This document shows positions 9,235 to 18,803 of a stretch of 64,000 nt of DNA, piece after piece; position 1 is the stretch's first letter; each line of letters starts with the position of its first letter. Under the pieces are notes generated by a model. It searched no databases. It saw only the letters and a program-made list of their open reading frames with translations, and was not told the DNA's origin. Position numbers and translations under genes: made by a program. Source of the DNA: Acidobacteriota bacterium (GTDB lineage: Bacteria; Acidobacteriota; UBA890; WLXD01); NCBI GenBank assembly GCA_963666055.2, contig CAXWPH010000015.1, forward strand, positions 608,001 through 672,000, written 5' to 3'.

Positions 9235-9295
9235 CTAATACCATGAGGCGACTGACAATGCTGGTGCTACGAGCACCTGCAGCAGCCGAAGGAGC

Positions 9296-10654
9296 GTGCC
9301 AGAAATGACGATCGCAGCGCTGACTCCCCGAACCGGCGGGTGGATATGGTCCCGTCCCTTGCTCGCCGCCACCCTCGTCCTGCTGGCCGGCTGGGATCCG
9401 GCCGCGGCAGCAGCGAGCCCGCAAACGGCGACCACCGCCGTGATTGCCGGCTCTCTGATCGACGGCACCGGGGCAGAGCCACAGGGCCGAACGGTCATCC
9501 TCATTGAAGGCGGGCGAATACAGGCGGTCGGCCCAGCGTTGGATGTTCCGGCCTCGGCCCGGATCATCGATCTGTCCGAAATGACGGTATTGCCGGGGTT
9601 CATCGACCTGCACAGTCATCTCACCTATCCGGCAATGACCGATGCGGGCTTCGAGCTTGCCTTCGTGCAGCAGAGCGCCGCCGACTTCGCCTTGCTGGGC
9701 GCTCGCAACGCCAAGCTGGCGCTGATGACTGGCTATACCAGCGCCCGCGAGCTTGGAGCCTTCGGTTTCGCCGATGTCGCTCTGCGCGACGCCATCGATG
9801 CAGGCTGGGTGCCTGGACCGCGACTGCAGGTGGCCGCCTACGCGCTCAGCATCACCGGCGGCCACTGCGACAACAACGGCTTCTTGCCCGGCCTGTTCGG
9901 TGCCGAGCCGGGTATCGAGCAGGGCATCGCCAACGGCCCCCGGGAAGTTCGGGCGGCTGTTCGCTACCAGGTCAAGTACGGGGCCGACCCGATCAAGATA
10001 TGCGCCACCGGCGGTGTAATGTCGTTCGGCGACTCGGTCGGGGCGCAACAGTTCAACGCCGCCGAGCTGGAAGCAGCGGTACAGAGTGCCCACCAGCTGG
10101 AGCGCCGGGTGGCCGCACACGCTCATGGATTGGAAGGGATCAAGGCTGCCGTTCGTGCGGGGGTCGACTCGATCGAGCATGGCACGTTCATCGATGACGA
10201 AGCGGCACGCATGATGGCCGAGAGCGGAACGGTTCTGGTGACCACGCTCCTGGCAGGCGACGCGATACAGCAGCTGGCCCGAGCTGGTCGGCTGCCGCAG
10301 GAGCTCGCCGCCAAGGCTCGCTTGGTCGAGGGGGTCAAGGAGGGGGCGATCCGCCGAGCCGCCGCAGCGGGGGTAAAGATCGGTCTAGGTACCGACAACG
10401 TCTTCGGGCTTCCAAGCGAGAACGGGCGCGAGTTTCGTTTCATGACCGAGGCTGGGCTGGAGCCCATGCAGGCAATCATGGGCGGAACCAGCATCGCCGC
10501 CGAGCTCATGGGCTGGGAGGACGACGTCGGTACTATCTTGCCAGGACGCTACGCCGACCTGGTGGCCGTGCGCGGCGATCCGCTGCAGAACATCGAGTTA
10601 CTGGAGAACGTGCACTTCGTGATGCAGGGCGGCAACGTAATCAAGCAGGAGTGA
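9296..10654 (+). CDS. Secreted metal-dependent amidohydrolase (Xaa-Pro dipeptidase-like)
   Basis: PGFIDLHSH, IKICATGG, AAHAHG, SIEHG, GTD, GRYADLV. Confidence 0.9.
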   Translation: MPEMTIAALTPRTGGWIWSRPLLAATLVLLAGWDPAAAAASPQTATTAVIAGSLIDGTGAEPQGRTVILIEGGRIQAVGPALDVPASARIIDLSEMTVLPGFIDLHSHLTYPAMTDAGFELAFVQQSAADFALLGARNAKLALMTGYTSARELGAFGFADVALRDAIDAGWVPGPRLQVAAYALSITGGHCDNNGFLPGLFGAEPGIEQGIANGPREVRAAVRYQVKYGADPIKICATGGVMSFGDSVGAQQFNAAELEAAVQSAHQLERRVAAHAHGLEGIKAAVRAGVDSIEHGTFIDDEAARMMAESGTVLVTTLLAGDAIQQLARAGRLPQELAAKARLVEGVKEGAIRRAAAAGVKIGLGTDNVFGLPSENGREFRFMTEAGLEPMQAIMGGTSIAAELMGWEDDVGTILPGRYADLVAVRGDPLQNIELLENVHFVMQGGNVIKQE

Positions 10655-10689
10655 GCTGACGTCTGGCCCCCCGTTCAGAGTGAGGACCC

Positions 10690-11808
10690 ATGAAGCGACT
10701 GTTGGCGCACGTCGTTGTAGCGACGCTGGCTAGCGGCTGCACTGAGCTAGGCGCCCAGTCGGTTGGCTTCGACCCGGGTTCGGTACAGTCCTCCTTGGAT
10801 AGCGGCCATGCCGGAGCCGCTCCGCCGGGGCTCGGCGAGTGGACAAGCTATCGTCCGGCGCTGCCGAGCCCGGTCGCCAACAACGCGGTAGCGGCCGTTC
10901 AGACTGGCAGCGATTGCTGGCTGATGAGCGCTCTGGGCATCGGCTCGGGTCTCGACCACACTGCCCTCACCACCTCGGTCTACGTGCATCGGGTGGGCGA
11001 CTCGGCGTGGACCGACGTGGGACCGCCGCCGCGCGCCGCGGCCCGAGTAGCGGCCTCCGCCGTCGGGGTTGCCGACAGGCTCTACTTGCTGGGCGGATAC
11101 TCGCTGGTGCCCAACGGCGCCGAGATGAGCTTTGCCAACGTCGATATCTACGATCCGGTGGCCGGCGCGTGGTCGACGGGCGCACCGCTACCGGTGCCGA
11201 TCGACGATGCCGTCGCGCTGGCCTGGCGAGATCGCCATGTCGTGGTAGTCAGCGGTTGGTCGAACACCGACAACGTCGCTGCTGTGCAGATCTACGACAG
11301 TCGGCGCGACACCTGGAGCCCGGCGACGCCGTTTCCGGGCAAACCGGTGTTCGGGCACGCCGGAGCCATCGTCGGCGACGAGCTCGTGGTCATCGATGGC
11401 GTCGAGAGAGGTCCCCGGGGTTATCGCCTCGTCAATCAGGCCTGGCGGGGAAAGCTGGATCCGACAAACCCCGCCACCATCGTCTGGACCGATCTCGGTG
11501 GCCATCCGGGGTTGGCCCGCTACCGTGCGGCGGGCGGTGCCACCGAGGCCGGCCAGCTATGGTTTCACGGCGGCACCAATATCCCGTACAACTTCAACGG
11601 CCTCGCCTATTCGGGCGGCGCGCCGGCCCCACCCAGCGGTTCGACCCTGGTGTACGACGGCCTGTTTACCGACCGCCTTGCGGGCCAGCCGACCGCCACA
11701 ATGGACCACCGCAGTCTCGCCAGCTGCGGTGCGACTCTGTTCCTCATCGGGGGAATGACGGCCGGCCCGACCGTGACCTCCGGGGTCTGGTCGATTACGA
11801 CTCAATAG
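10690..11808 (+). CDS. Kelch-repeat lipoprotein
   Basis: LASGC lipobox; repeated LYLLGG/GW...YD...W Kelch blades. Confidence 0.8.
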   Translation: MKRLLAHVVVATLASGCTELGAQSVGFDPGSVQSSLDSGHAGAAPPGLGEWTSYRPALPSPVANNAVAAVQTGSDCWLMSALGIGSGLDHTALTTSVYVHRVGDSAWTDVGPPPRAAARVAASAVGVADRLYLLGGYSLVPNGAEMSFANVDIYDPVAGAWSTGAPLPVPIDDAVALAWRDRHVVVVSGWSNTDNVAAVQIYDSRRDTWSPATPFPGKPVFGHAGAIVGDELVVIDGVERGPRGYRLVNQAWRGKLDPTNPATIVWTDLGGHPGLARYRAAGGATEAGQLWFHGGTNIPYNFNGLAYSGGAPAPPSGSTLVYDGLFTDRLAGQPTATMDHRSLASCGATLFLIGGMTAGPTVTSGVWSITTQ

Positions 11809-11842
11809 CCGGGTGCGGTGTGCCCGGTCTCGCGACTACGCC

Positions 11843-12676
11843 TCAGTAGCTCAGGCAGCGCGCATCCTCGCCGCTTATCCACGCGGCCAACATCTGCCAC
11901 TCAGGATCGTCCCGGGAAAACCAGCGGCGTCCGCCTCCGTGAAAGTGATCGCCCCCGGCTTCGGGCGCCAGCGGGTGCGTGAGGAAGCGGCTGCGCAAAG
12001 GGTAGCCGGGCTCGATGTAGCGGCTGAGCACGGCAAAGTTGTCGCGCGACTCGTCCTGATTCCAGTAGTCGCGACCCTCGGGCACCGGTTGCGCAAAGCC
12101 GCGAATTCCGGCGTCGTGGCAATTCACACACTCCATGAGCCCCTCCTTCTTGTCGAGGAAGACCCTCTGCACGCAGGTGCGGAAAAACTCGAAGTCCAGC
12201 GCCGCTGAAACAACCTCACTGGCGTCGGAGGTCGCGGCAGCACGAACCCACCCGGCCATCGCCTGCCATTCAGGGTCCGACTGCGAGTAGAAGAACTTGC
12301 CGCCCACGTGAAAGGAGGCTCCTCCCGCGGGCACCACCAGCGCCTTTCGCAGCAGCCGGCTTTGCTCCGGCTGGCCGGGAACGACGAGGCGCGAGACAAC
12401 CTCGAAGTTCTGCCGCGACTGGGCCTCGGACCAGAAGACGGTGCCGTCGTCATCCTCTTGAAGCGGCTGGAGCTTGAGCGGCGTTCCCTGCTTGGCGTGA
12501 CACGTCACGCACGGCGACCGCCCGGGACCGAACCCGCCGCGCGCCGCGAGGAAGATCGGCTCGACTACCTCGAGGTAGCGGTCAAAGCTCAGCGTCTGAG
12601 CGAAGCCGGCGGCAGTACCGCCGACCAGCAAGCCGACCGCGATCGCCACCACCACCGCCATCCGGCGAGCTCTCAT
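11843..12676 (-). CDS. Secreted di-heme c-type cytochrome with tandem duplicated domain
   Basis: Signal peptide; CVTCH and CVNCH, each followed by W..S..NF...PG.P..SR.L...AGG..FHxGG...DPEWQ. Confidence 0.8.
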   Translation of the reverse strand: MRARRMAVVVAIAVGLLVGGTAAGFAQTLSFDRYLEVVEPIFLAARGGFGPGRSPCVTCHAKQGTPLKLQPLQEDDDGTVFWSEAQSRQNFEVVSRLVVPGQPEQSRLLRKALVVPAGGASFHVGGKFFYSQSDPEWQAMAGWVRAAATSDASEVVSAALDFEFFRTCVQRVFLDKKEGLMECVNCHDAGIRGFAQPVPEGRDYWNQDESRDNFAVLSRYIEPGYPLRSRFLTHPLAPEAGGDHFHGGGRRWFSRDDPEWQMLAAWISGEDARCLSY

Positions 12677-13725
12677 TGGATCACCGCCGTGTGGTTGCGC
12701 TTCGGCGTCTGTCCGACCTTGATGCGAGCAATCTCTACCAGCTCGTGCGTATCGATAACCGACACGTCGTTGGATCCGGCGTTGGCGGAATAGAGGTACC
12801 GGCCATCGGGCGTCATGGTGAGCCAGTCGGGGTGGTGGCCCACCGGCACGCCGCCGAGAAACTCCAGGTCAGGTAGGGACCAGCCATAGACATGATCGTG
12901 CGGCTTGCTGGTCGACCACAGCTGGGTGCCGTCCGCCGACACGGCAAGGCCGTGGCCCGGTGAGCCCTGTAAGCCATCGCTCGACACCCGCGAGATCGGC
13001 AGCGTCGGCATCTCTACCCTCTGCACCACTGCCCGCTTCTCGAAGTCGACCACGTAGAAGCCATGGAAATTGGAGAGTTGAACGAAGATTCGCTTCGTCG
13101 AGCCGTCGCGGTTGGCCTCGAAAGCCATCGGACGGACACCGCCGTCGGCGTACCCGCCGGTCGTGAGGCCGCTGAAATGAAGCGACCACACCGGCTCATC
13201 GGTCTCGGTGTCGATGATCGTCAAGGTGCGCGCTCCGATCATGCCGGCGGCGATATGTCGTCCATCGGGCGTGATGAATACGTTGTGCACACCCCCCAGC
13301 GTGGGGATCGCCTTGACTACCTCGCCCGCTTGCAGATCGATCACGTCGACGAACGCGTCGGCACGCGTGATCGCCACATAGACCTTTCGTCCATCGGGTG
13401 TGATGGCGATGTTGTTGGGTCGACCGGAGAGCGGGATCTGCTTGCTCACCTGGAGCGTCTTCGTCGGGACGACATCCAGCGTGTGGTCGATCTCGTTGCT
13501 GAAATACAGCGTGCTCCCGTCGGGAGCCGAGGTCACCCCATGCGCCATCGGGATGCCGCGGATGATGTCGACGACCTCGTTCGTGACCGGGTCGATGAGG
13601 TGGACGTTGTCGCCGGCAGCGTTCGTCTGGATGATGCGGACCGTCCCTGTCTGGGCGCCTACGCTGCCTGCAAGGGAAGCTATCGCCAGCGCCAGAACGA
13701 GAGATCGTGGGGGCACGTAGCTCAT
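12673..13725 (-). CDS. YncE/YVTN (cytochrome cd1-like) beta-propeller protein
   Basis: Repeated P..I.ITPDGR.VYV blades, signal peptide, ATGA coupling to the cytochrome gene. Confidence 0.85.
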   Translation of the reverse strand: MSYVPPRSLVLALAIASLAGSVGAQTGTVRIIQTNAAGDNVHLIDPVTNEVVDIIRGIPMAHGVTSAPDGSTLYFSNEIDHTLDVVPTKTLQVSKQIPLSGRPNNIAITPDGRKVYVAITRADAFVDVIDLQAGEVVKAIPTLGGVHNVFITPDGRHIAAGMIGARTLTIIDTETDEPVWSLHFSGLTTGGYADGGVRPMAFEANRDGSTKRIFVQLSNFHGFYVVDFEKRAVVQRVEMPTLPISRVSSDGLQGSPGHGLAVSADGTQLWSTSKPHDHVYGWSLPDLEFLGGVPVGHHPDWLTMTPDGRYLYSANAGSNDVSVIDTHELVEIARIKVGQTPKRNHTAVIQ

Positions 13726-13928
13726 TTTCCGCCTCCTGCCGGGATCCGGGTCCCCGAACGGACGGCACGTGCGGCATCGACTCCGGCAAGTGTAGGCGGA
13801 CCGCAAGTGCTGGGGCGGCCAACATGGGTCCGCGGGTAATCCGCAGAAGACCGCGATAACCTGATTGGCCGAGGTAGCGACGATACGCGCTGCCACGACC
13901 GCTTGTCGACACCGCAGGAGAGCTTCCC

Positions 13929-14777
13929 ATGAAGACACGGTTCCTCGCCTCGATCACGCTGCTTGCATGCCTGAGCCTTGCGGCGCCGCTCCATGCGCAG
14001 CAGGGCGACCAGAAGGACATGATGACGTTCGAGCGCCCCGTCGCGATGCCCGACAATGTCTGGATCGAAGAGCTGACGATGCTCGAGATACGTGACCTGT
14101 TGCGCTCCGGGACCAACACCGCGCTCATCCTCACCGGCGGCATCGAGGAGAACGGCCCTTATCTCACCACCGGCAAGCACAACCACGTCCTGCGGGTGAT
14201 GGGCGACGCCATCGCGCGCAAGCTGGGCAATACGCTGGTGGCTCCGATCGTCACCATCGAGCCCGGAAACCCGGAGACCGCCAGCTCTCCCGGCGGCATC
14301 CGCTACTCGCAAGAGACCTATCGCGCCGTGCTGCGCGACTACGCCACCAGCCTGAAGGCACAGGGCTTCACGAAGATCTTCATGTTGGGCGACAGCGGCG
14401 GCAATAGGCGCGGCCTGGCTGCTGTTGCCGAGGAGCTGTCCACTGCTTGGGAGAGAGAAGAAATGCTCGTGGCACACATTCCCGAGTACTACAACTACAG
14501 CGACGTCCACGCGTACCAGCGCGACGTTCTCGGCGTCGACGAGGACCCCCGGTTGGAGGGTCTGCACGACGACTACTACATTACGACAATCATCATGAAC
14601 GATGATCCACAGTTCGTTCGTTTCGAGCAGCGTCTGCAGGCCGACAAGGCGTCGATCAACGGCATCGATATCACCCCGATCGGCAAGGCGCTGAAGCACG
14701 GTCGGCGACTCATCGAGTTTCGCGCCGAGGCTACGGTGGAGGCCATCCATCGAGTGATCGCTGCGCACCACCGCTGA
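13929..14777 (+). CDS. Secreted creatininase-family protein (divergent)
   Basis: WIEELTMLEIRD, TGGIEENGPYL, DSGGN; signal peptide. Confidence 0.8.
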   Translation: MKTRFLASITLLACLSLAAPLHAQQGDQKDMMTFERPVAMPDNVWIEELTMLEIRDLLRSGTNTALILTGGIEENGPYLTTGKHNHVLRVMGDAIARKLGNTLVAPIVTIEPGNPETASSPGGIRYSQETYRAVLRDYATSLKAQGFTKIFMLGDSGGNRRGLAAVAEELSTAWEREEMLVAHIPEYYNYSDVHAYQRDVLGVDEDPRLEGLHDDYYITTIIMNDDPQFVRFEQRLQADKASINGIDITPIGKALKHGRRLIEFRAEATVEAIHRVIAAHHR

Positions 14778-14850
14778 GTTGACAGATACGCAGCTCTCTT
14801 ACCACCCTCAGAGGACCCCCGACTCACGCTACCGTGGAGACTCGCTCACC

Positions 14851-17352
14851 ATGCGCCAGATCCGCTTGCCCCGTATCGACCTCCTGCCTCATTCCGCCTA
14901 CCTTGCGGCACTGCTGCTGGCCGGCTTCGCCGCCACCGCCATGGCGCAGCCGCAGATGTCGACCGCCGCCCGCTACCAGACGCCGTCGCCGGAGCTCGTC
15001 GCACTCGCCGACGCCCCGAACACGCCGCTGGTATCGGTCAGCCCGGGCGGTGATCAAATCGTGCTCATGGAGCTCCCGTCGCTAGGGACGATCGCCGACC
15101 TGGCGCAACCTGAGCTGCGCATCGCCGGTTTGCGCATCAACCCGCGCACCAACGGCCCGAGTCGCGACCGCTACTACACCGGCCTGACGATCCACCGACT
15201 GTCGGACGGCACCGCGATGCCGGTAGCCGGCCTGCCGTCAGCCCCTCATCTGGGCAACCTGTCCTGGTCTCCTGACGGCGCCTGGATCGCGTTTACGCAC
15301 CAGGTCGACGACGGCATCGAGCTCTGGGTCGTCGAGGCGGAGCAGGCAACCGCACGTCGCCTTGTCGGTCCACGTATCAACAGCGCGTACGGCCGGCCCT
15401 TCGTCTGGAACACCGACAGCACCACTATGGTTGCGCGGCTGGTACCCGTCGACCGTGGCCCGGCACCCGAGCGCTCGCCCGTTCCGACCGGCCCGGTGAT
15501 CCAACAGAGCGTCGGGCGGGAAGCACAGGCACGCACCTACCAGGACCTTCTCGCGGACGCTCACGACGAAGCGCTGTTCGAGCACCATCTGAGCGCGCGC
15601 GTCGCCATCGTCGGGCTCGACGGCAGCCTCGCGGAGATCGGTGCCAGCGGCTTGATCAGCCGCGCCGAGCCCTCGCCTGACGGCGAGTTCCTGCTGGTAG
15701 AGACGCTCCACCGGCCATTCTCGTACACCGTGCCGGTGCGGCGGTTCCCGCGCCGTATCGAAGTGTGGGCAAGAGACGGAACCGGCGTGAAGACGATCGC
15801 CGACCTACCGCTGGGCAACGAGATTCCGCCGGGGTTCGACTCGGTGGCCGCCGGCCCACGCGCCGTCGGCTGGCGCTACGGGACCGACGCAACGCTGCAT
15901 TGGGTGGAAGCGAAGGACGGCGGCGATGCGCGAGCGGACAGCGCGGTTCGCGATCGCTTGCTGCTGCTGGCGGCCCCGTTCGAGGGCGAGCCGCGCCCGG
16001 TAGCCGATCTCGGCGCGCGCTTCCGGGATGTGCAATGGGGCGCGGGCAACCTCGCGTTGGTGAGCGAGTACTGGCGGCGCGACCGCCAGACGCGAACCTG
16101 GGTGATACGACCCGACTCCATCGCCGCCAGCCCCGAACTACTGTGGAGCCGGTCGTCCGAGGATCGTTACAGCGACCCGGGCCGACCGGTAACCAACCAC
16201 ACTGACCGTGGCTCCGTCCTGGCCACCTCCGACGACGGCGCGGTGCTCTTCCTGATCGGACGGGGCGCTTCGCCCGAAGGCAACCGGCCATTCGTCGACA
16301 AGCTCGACCTGCGCAGCGGCGACAGCACGCGTCTGTGGCGCTCCCAAGCCCCCTACTACGAGATGCCCGTCGCGCTACTGGACGCGGAGGGCAAGCGCTT
16401 GCTAACGCGGCGCGAGTCGGTAGACGAGCCACCTAACTACTTCGTGCGCGACCTCGTCGATGACAGCCTGCAGCGCATCACCAGCTTCCCGCACCCGACG
16501 CCGCAGCTCGCCGGCGCCACCAAGCAGCTGGTGCACTATGAGCGCGCCGACGGCGTGCAGCTCACCGGCACTCTCTACCTTCCCCCCGGGCACGGCGAGG
16601 GCGACGGCCCCTTGCCGATGTTGATGTGGGCCTACCCCATCGAGTTCAAGGACGCCAGCTTCGCCGGGCAGGTCTCCGATTCGCCCTACGAGTTCACCCG
16701 CATGAGCTACTGGGGCGCCTTGCCGATGCTTACGCAGGGGTGGGCGGTCTTCGACGATCCGAAGCTGCCAATCATCGGCGAAGGCGACCAGGAGCCCAAC
16801 GACGGCTACCGCGAACAGCTGGTCGCGGGCGCCGCGGCGGCGGTGAAGACGATGGTCGATCGCGGCGTCGCCGACGCCGATCGAATCGCTATCGGCGGCC
16901 ACTCCTACGGGGCGTTCATGACCGCGAACCTGCTGGCGCACTCCGACTTGTTCCGCGCTGGGATCGCACGCTCGGGCGCCTACAACCGCACCCTGACGCC
17001 ATTCGGGTTTCAGTCGGAAGAGCGCACGTTCTGGAAGGCGCCAGAGGTGTATTTCGCCATGTCACCCTTCATGCACGCCGACAAGGTCAACGAGCCGATC
17101 TTGATGATTCATGGCGTCGCCGACAACAACTCCGGCACATTCCCGGTCCAGAGCGAGCGGTTTTTCGCGGCGCTGCAGGGGCACGGTGCAACCGCACGCC
17201 TGGTGATGCTGCCGCACGAGAGCCACGGCTATCGTGCCCGCGAGTCAATCCTCCATATGCTCTGGGAGCAGACTGAGTTCCTGGCGCGCTACGTCGAGCA
17301 GGGGCTGCCTCGGGGCGAGATAACCGAAGGCTCCACCGACGCGGGACAGTAG
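14851..17352 (+). CDS. S9 peptidase (glutamyl endopeptidase S9D-like)
   Basis: GGHSYGAFMTANLLAH, RSGAYNRTLTPFGFQ, DNNSGT, ESHGY. Confidence 0.92.
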   Translation: MRQIRLPRIDLLPHSAYLAALLLAGFAATAMAQPQMSTAARYQTPSPELVALADAPNTPLVSVSPGGDQIVLMELPSLGTIADLAQPELRIAGLRINPRTNGPSRDRYYTGLTIHRLSDGTAMPVAGLPSAPHLGNLSWSPDGAWIAFTHQVDDGIELWVVEAEQATARRLVGPRINSAYGRPFVWNTDSTTMVARLVPVDRGPAPERSPVPTGPVIQQSVGREAQARTYQDLLADAHDEALFEHHLSARVAIVGLDGSLAEIGASGLISRAEPSPDGEFLLVETLHRPFSYTVPVRRFPRRIEVWARDGTGVKTIADLPLGNEIPPGFDSVAAGPRAVGWRYGTDATLHWVEAKDGGDARADSAVRDRLLLLAAPFEGEPRPVADLGARFRDVQWGAGNLALVSEYWRRDRQTRTWVIRPDSIAASPELLWSRSSEDRYSDPGRPVTNHTDRGSVLATSDDGAVLFLIGRGASPEGNRPFVDKLDLRSGDSTRLWRSQAPYYEMPVALLDAEGKRLLTRRESVDEPPNYFVRDLVDDSLQRITSFPHPTPQLAGATKQLVHYERADGVQLTGTLYLPPGHGEGDGPLPMLMWAYPIEFKDASFAGQVSDSPYEFTRMSYWGALPMLTQGWAVFDDPKLPIIGEGDQEPNDGYREQLVAGAAAAVKTMVDRGVADADRIAIGGHSYGAFMTANLLAHSDLFRAGIARSGAYNRTLTPFGFQSEERTFWKAPEVYFAMSPFMHADKVNEPILMIHGVADNNSGTFPVQSERFFAALQGHGATARLVMLPHESHGYRARESILHMLWEQTEFLARYVEQGLPRGEITEGSTDAGQ

Positions 17353-17357
17353 CAATT

Positions 17358-17406
17358 CAGAGAGGAGCACGTTGGAGAGCGTACGCGCCGACCAACGCAG
17401 CTCTCT
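17358..17406 (+). terminator. Hairpin after the S9 gene, possible terminator
   Basis: AGAGAG..GC.CGTTGG / CCAACG..GCTCTCT inverted repeat just after the stop; no U-tract. Confidence 0.35.
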
Positions 17407-17541
17407 TGCGATCAAACCATGGACTGCCTTCTGTTGCGGCGACATCGAGAAACCCCGGGATCCGGCTTGAATTCGCCTGCGATGGCGTGGGGTACGACAA
17501 GGGCCAGAAATACCAAGGCTGAACCGATTCGAAATCGCCCG

Positions 17542-18711
17542 CTAGTCTGATTCCGACAACGCCAGCACAGCGAAGGCGGTCGCCAGATCGGACATGAACA
17601 GCCTGCGGACGGCCTCGCCCTTCTCGCCGCCGTGCTCGCGGTCGAAGTTGAGCGAATGCGTCCGCCACGCGAGTGGCGTTTGATCGTTGACCTTCACCGC
17701 CTCCTGGCTAGCGCGCAGCCATTTCAGCCCTCGGTCAACCGCGGGTTGGCTCGTTGGCTCGCCGGCTTCCCGGAGCACATGCACGACCAACCCGGTGGCG
17801 TAACCGTCTGACTTCGCCAGCAGCGTGTCGTCGAGCTCGCCCGGGGACTTGAACGGTGCCTCCGACCCGCTCCACCGCCATTCGCCGAGCGACCAGAGCG
17901 ACCAGCCGCCGTCGTCCTGCTGGCGTTGCTGGAGCTCCTCGATCAGAGCCTCCTGTTGCACCGTTGTCAGCAGACCCTCGAGCTGCGTCGACGCCAACAG
18001 CACCCACGTACGGTTGTAGAGATTGCGCGTCGCATAGCTCGCCCTCAGATAGGCGCGAAGTCCCTCGACACCGGCCGCAGCCTGGAGCTGCGTGCTGGCG
18101 GCGGCCGCTCCCGCCCTGCCGATCGCCAGCGCGGCAAGCGTCGAGCCATGATAGACGGCTTCGACCGTCTCGAAGGGCTCCAGGCCGAACTGGAGCCAAT
18201 CCCAGGCACCGTCCGGACGCTGAGTCTCCCACAGCCGCCGCAGCGCTCGCTGCGTCACCTCGTCAGACGCGTCGGCGGCGGCGGCGATCAGGATCAGCGC
18301 GTTGAGGACCGCCTCTGTGCCGCGCGACTCGACCTTCTTCGTCTCGCTGAACTCGTAGAGAAGCTCGTGATCGGGGTACGTTTCGACGCGCTCGATGACC
18401 TGCGCGAGCAGCCGGCGCTCCTGAGGTGTCGGAGCCTCGACGCCCATCTCCTGCCTGAGCACCGGACGCGACAGCGCATAGGGAAGGGTCGTGTGGCAGG
18501 AGACACAGTTCGTGGTGCCGCTCCCGGTGCGTAGGGGCGTGCCCTCGGCCAGCCAGATCTCCATACGCGCGTCGAGATAGCTGGCGGCGCCTGTCGGATC
18601 CCATTCGCCGTCCTCGGCCGGGCGCTCCGACGGAGCCACCGCGTGAGCCGTGACTCCGGCGAGCACAGCGGCCAATGCAAGACTGATCGCGAGCCCCCTG
18701 ACGGGTCTCAT
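17542..18711 (-). CDS. Secreted prenyltransferase/squalene-hopene-cyclase-fold protein with CxxCH
   Basis: QRPDGAW and QQDDGGW QW-like motifs, SDGYATG, CVSCH; signal peptide. Confidence 0.75.
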   Translation of the reverse strand: MRPVRGLAISLALAAVLAGVTAHAVAPSERPAEDGEWDPTGAASYLDARMEIWLAEGTPLRTGSGTTNCVSCHTTLPYALSRPVLRQEMGVEAPTPQERRLLAQVIERVETYPDHELLYEFSETKKVESRGTEAVLNALILIAAAADASDEVTQRALRRLWETQRPDGAWDWLQFGLEPFETVEAVYHGSTLAALAIGRAGAAAASTQLQAAAGVEGLRAYLRASYATRNLYNRTWVLLASTQLEGLLTTVQQEALIEELQQRQQDDGGWSLWSLGEWRWSGSEAPFKSPGELDDTLLAKSDGYATGLVVHVLREAGEPTSQPAVDRGLKWLRASQEAVKVNDQTPLAWRTHSLNFDREHGGEKGEAVRRLFMSDLATAFAVLALSESD

Positions 18712-18770
18712 TCGGTACCTCTCTGGCTGACCGGGACGCTCTCGAGCTGCGGGAGACGCTACCACCCTAG

Positions 18771-18799
18771 CAGGCCGTGGTGGGAGTGTGGCGGGCCTG
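18771..18799. mobile_element. Collapsed 29-bp family-A scar
   Basis: CTAG-CAGGCCGTGGTGGGAGTGTGGCGGGCCTG-CTAG: a single TIR length between two CTAGs. Confidence 0.85.
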
Positions 18800-18803
18800 C
18801 TAG

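Noticed and set aside
8915-9238. CRISPR array or integron attC interpretation of the repeats
   Set aside because: No regular repeat-spacer periodicity, no cas or intI gene, and no GTTRRRY cores; the CTAG duplications and TIRs indicate transposition.
17357-17668. Small minus-strand ORF between the S9 and cyclase-fold genes
   Set aside because: It overlaps the upstream gene, with no credible start or recognisable motif.
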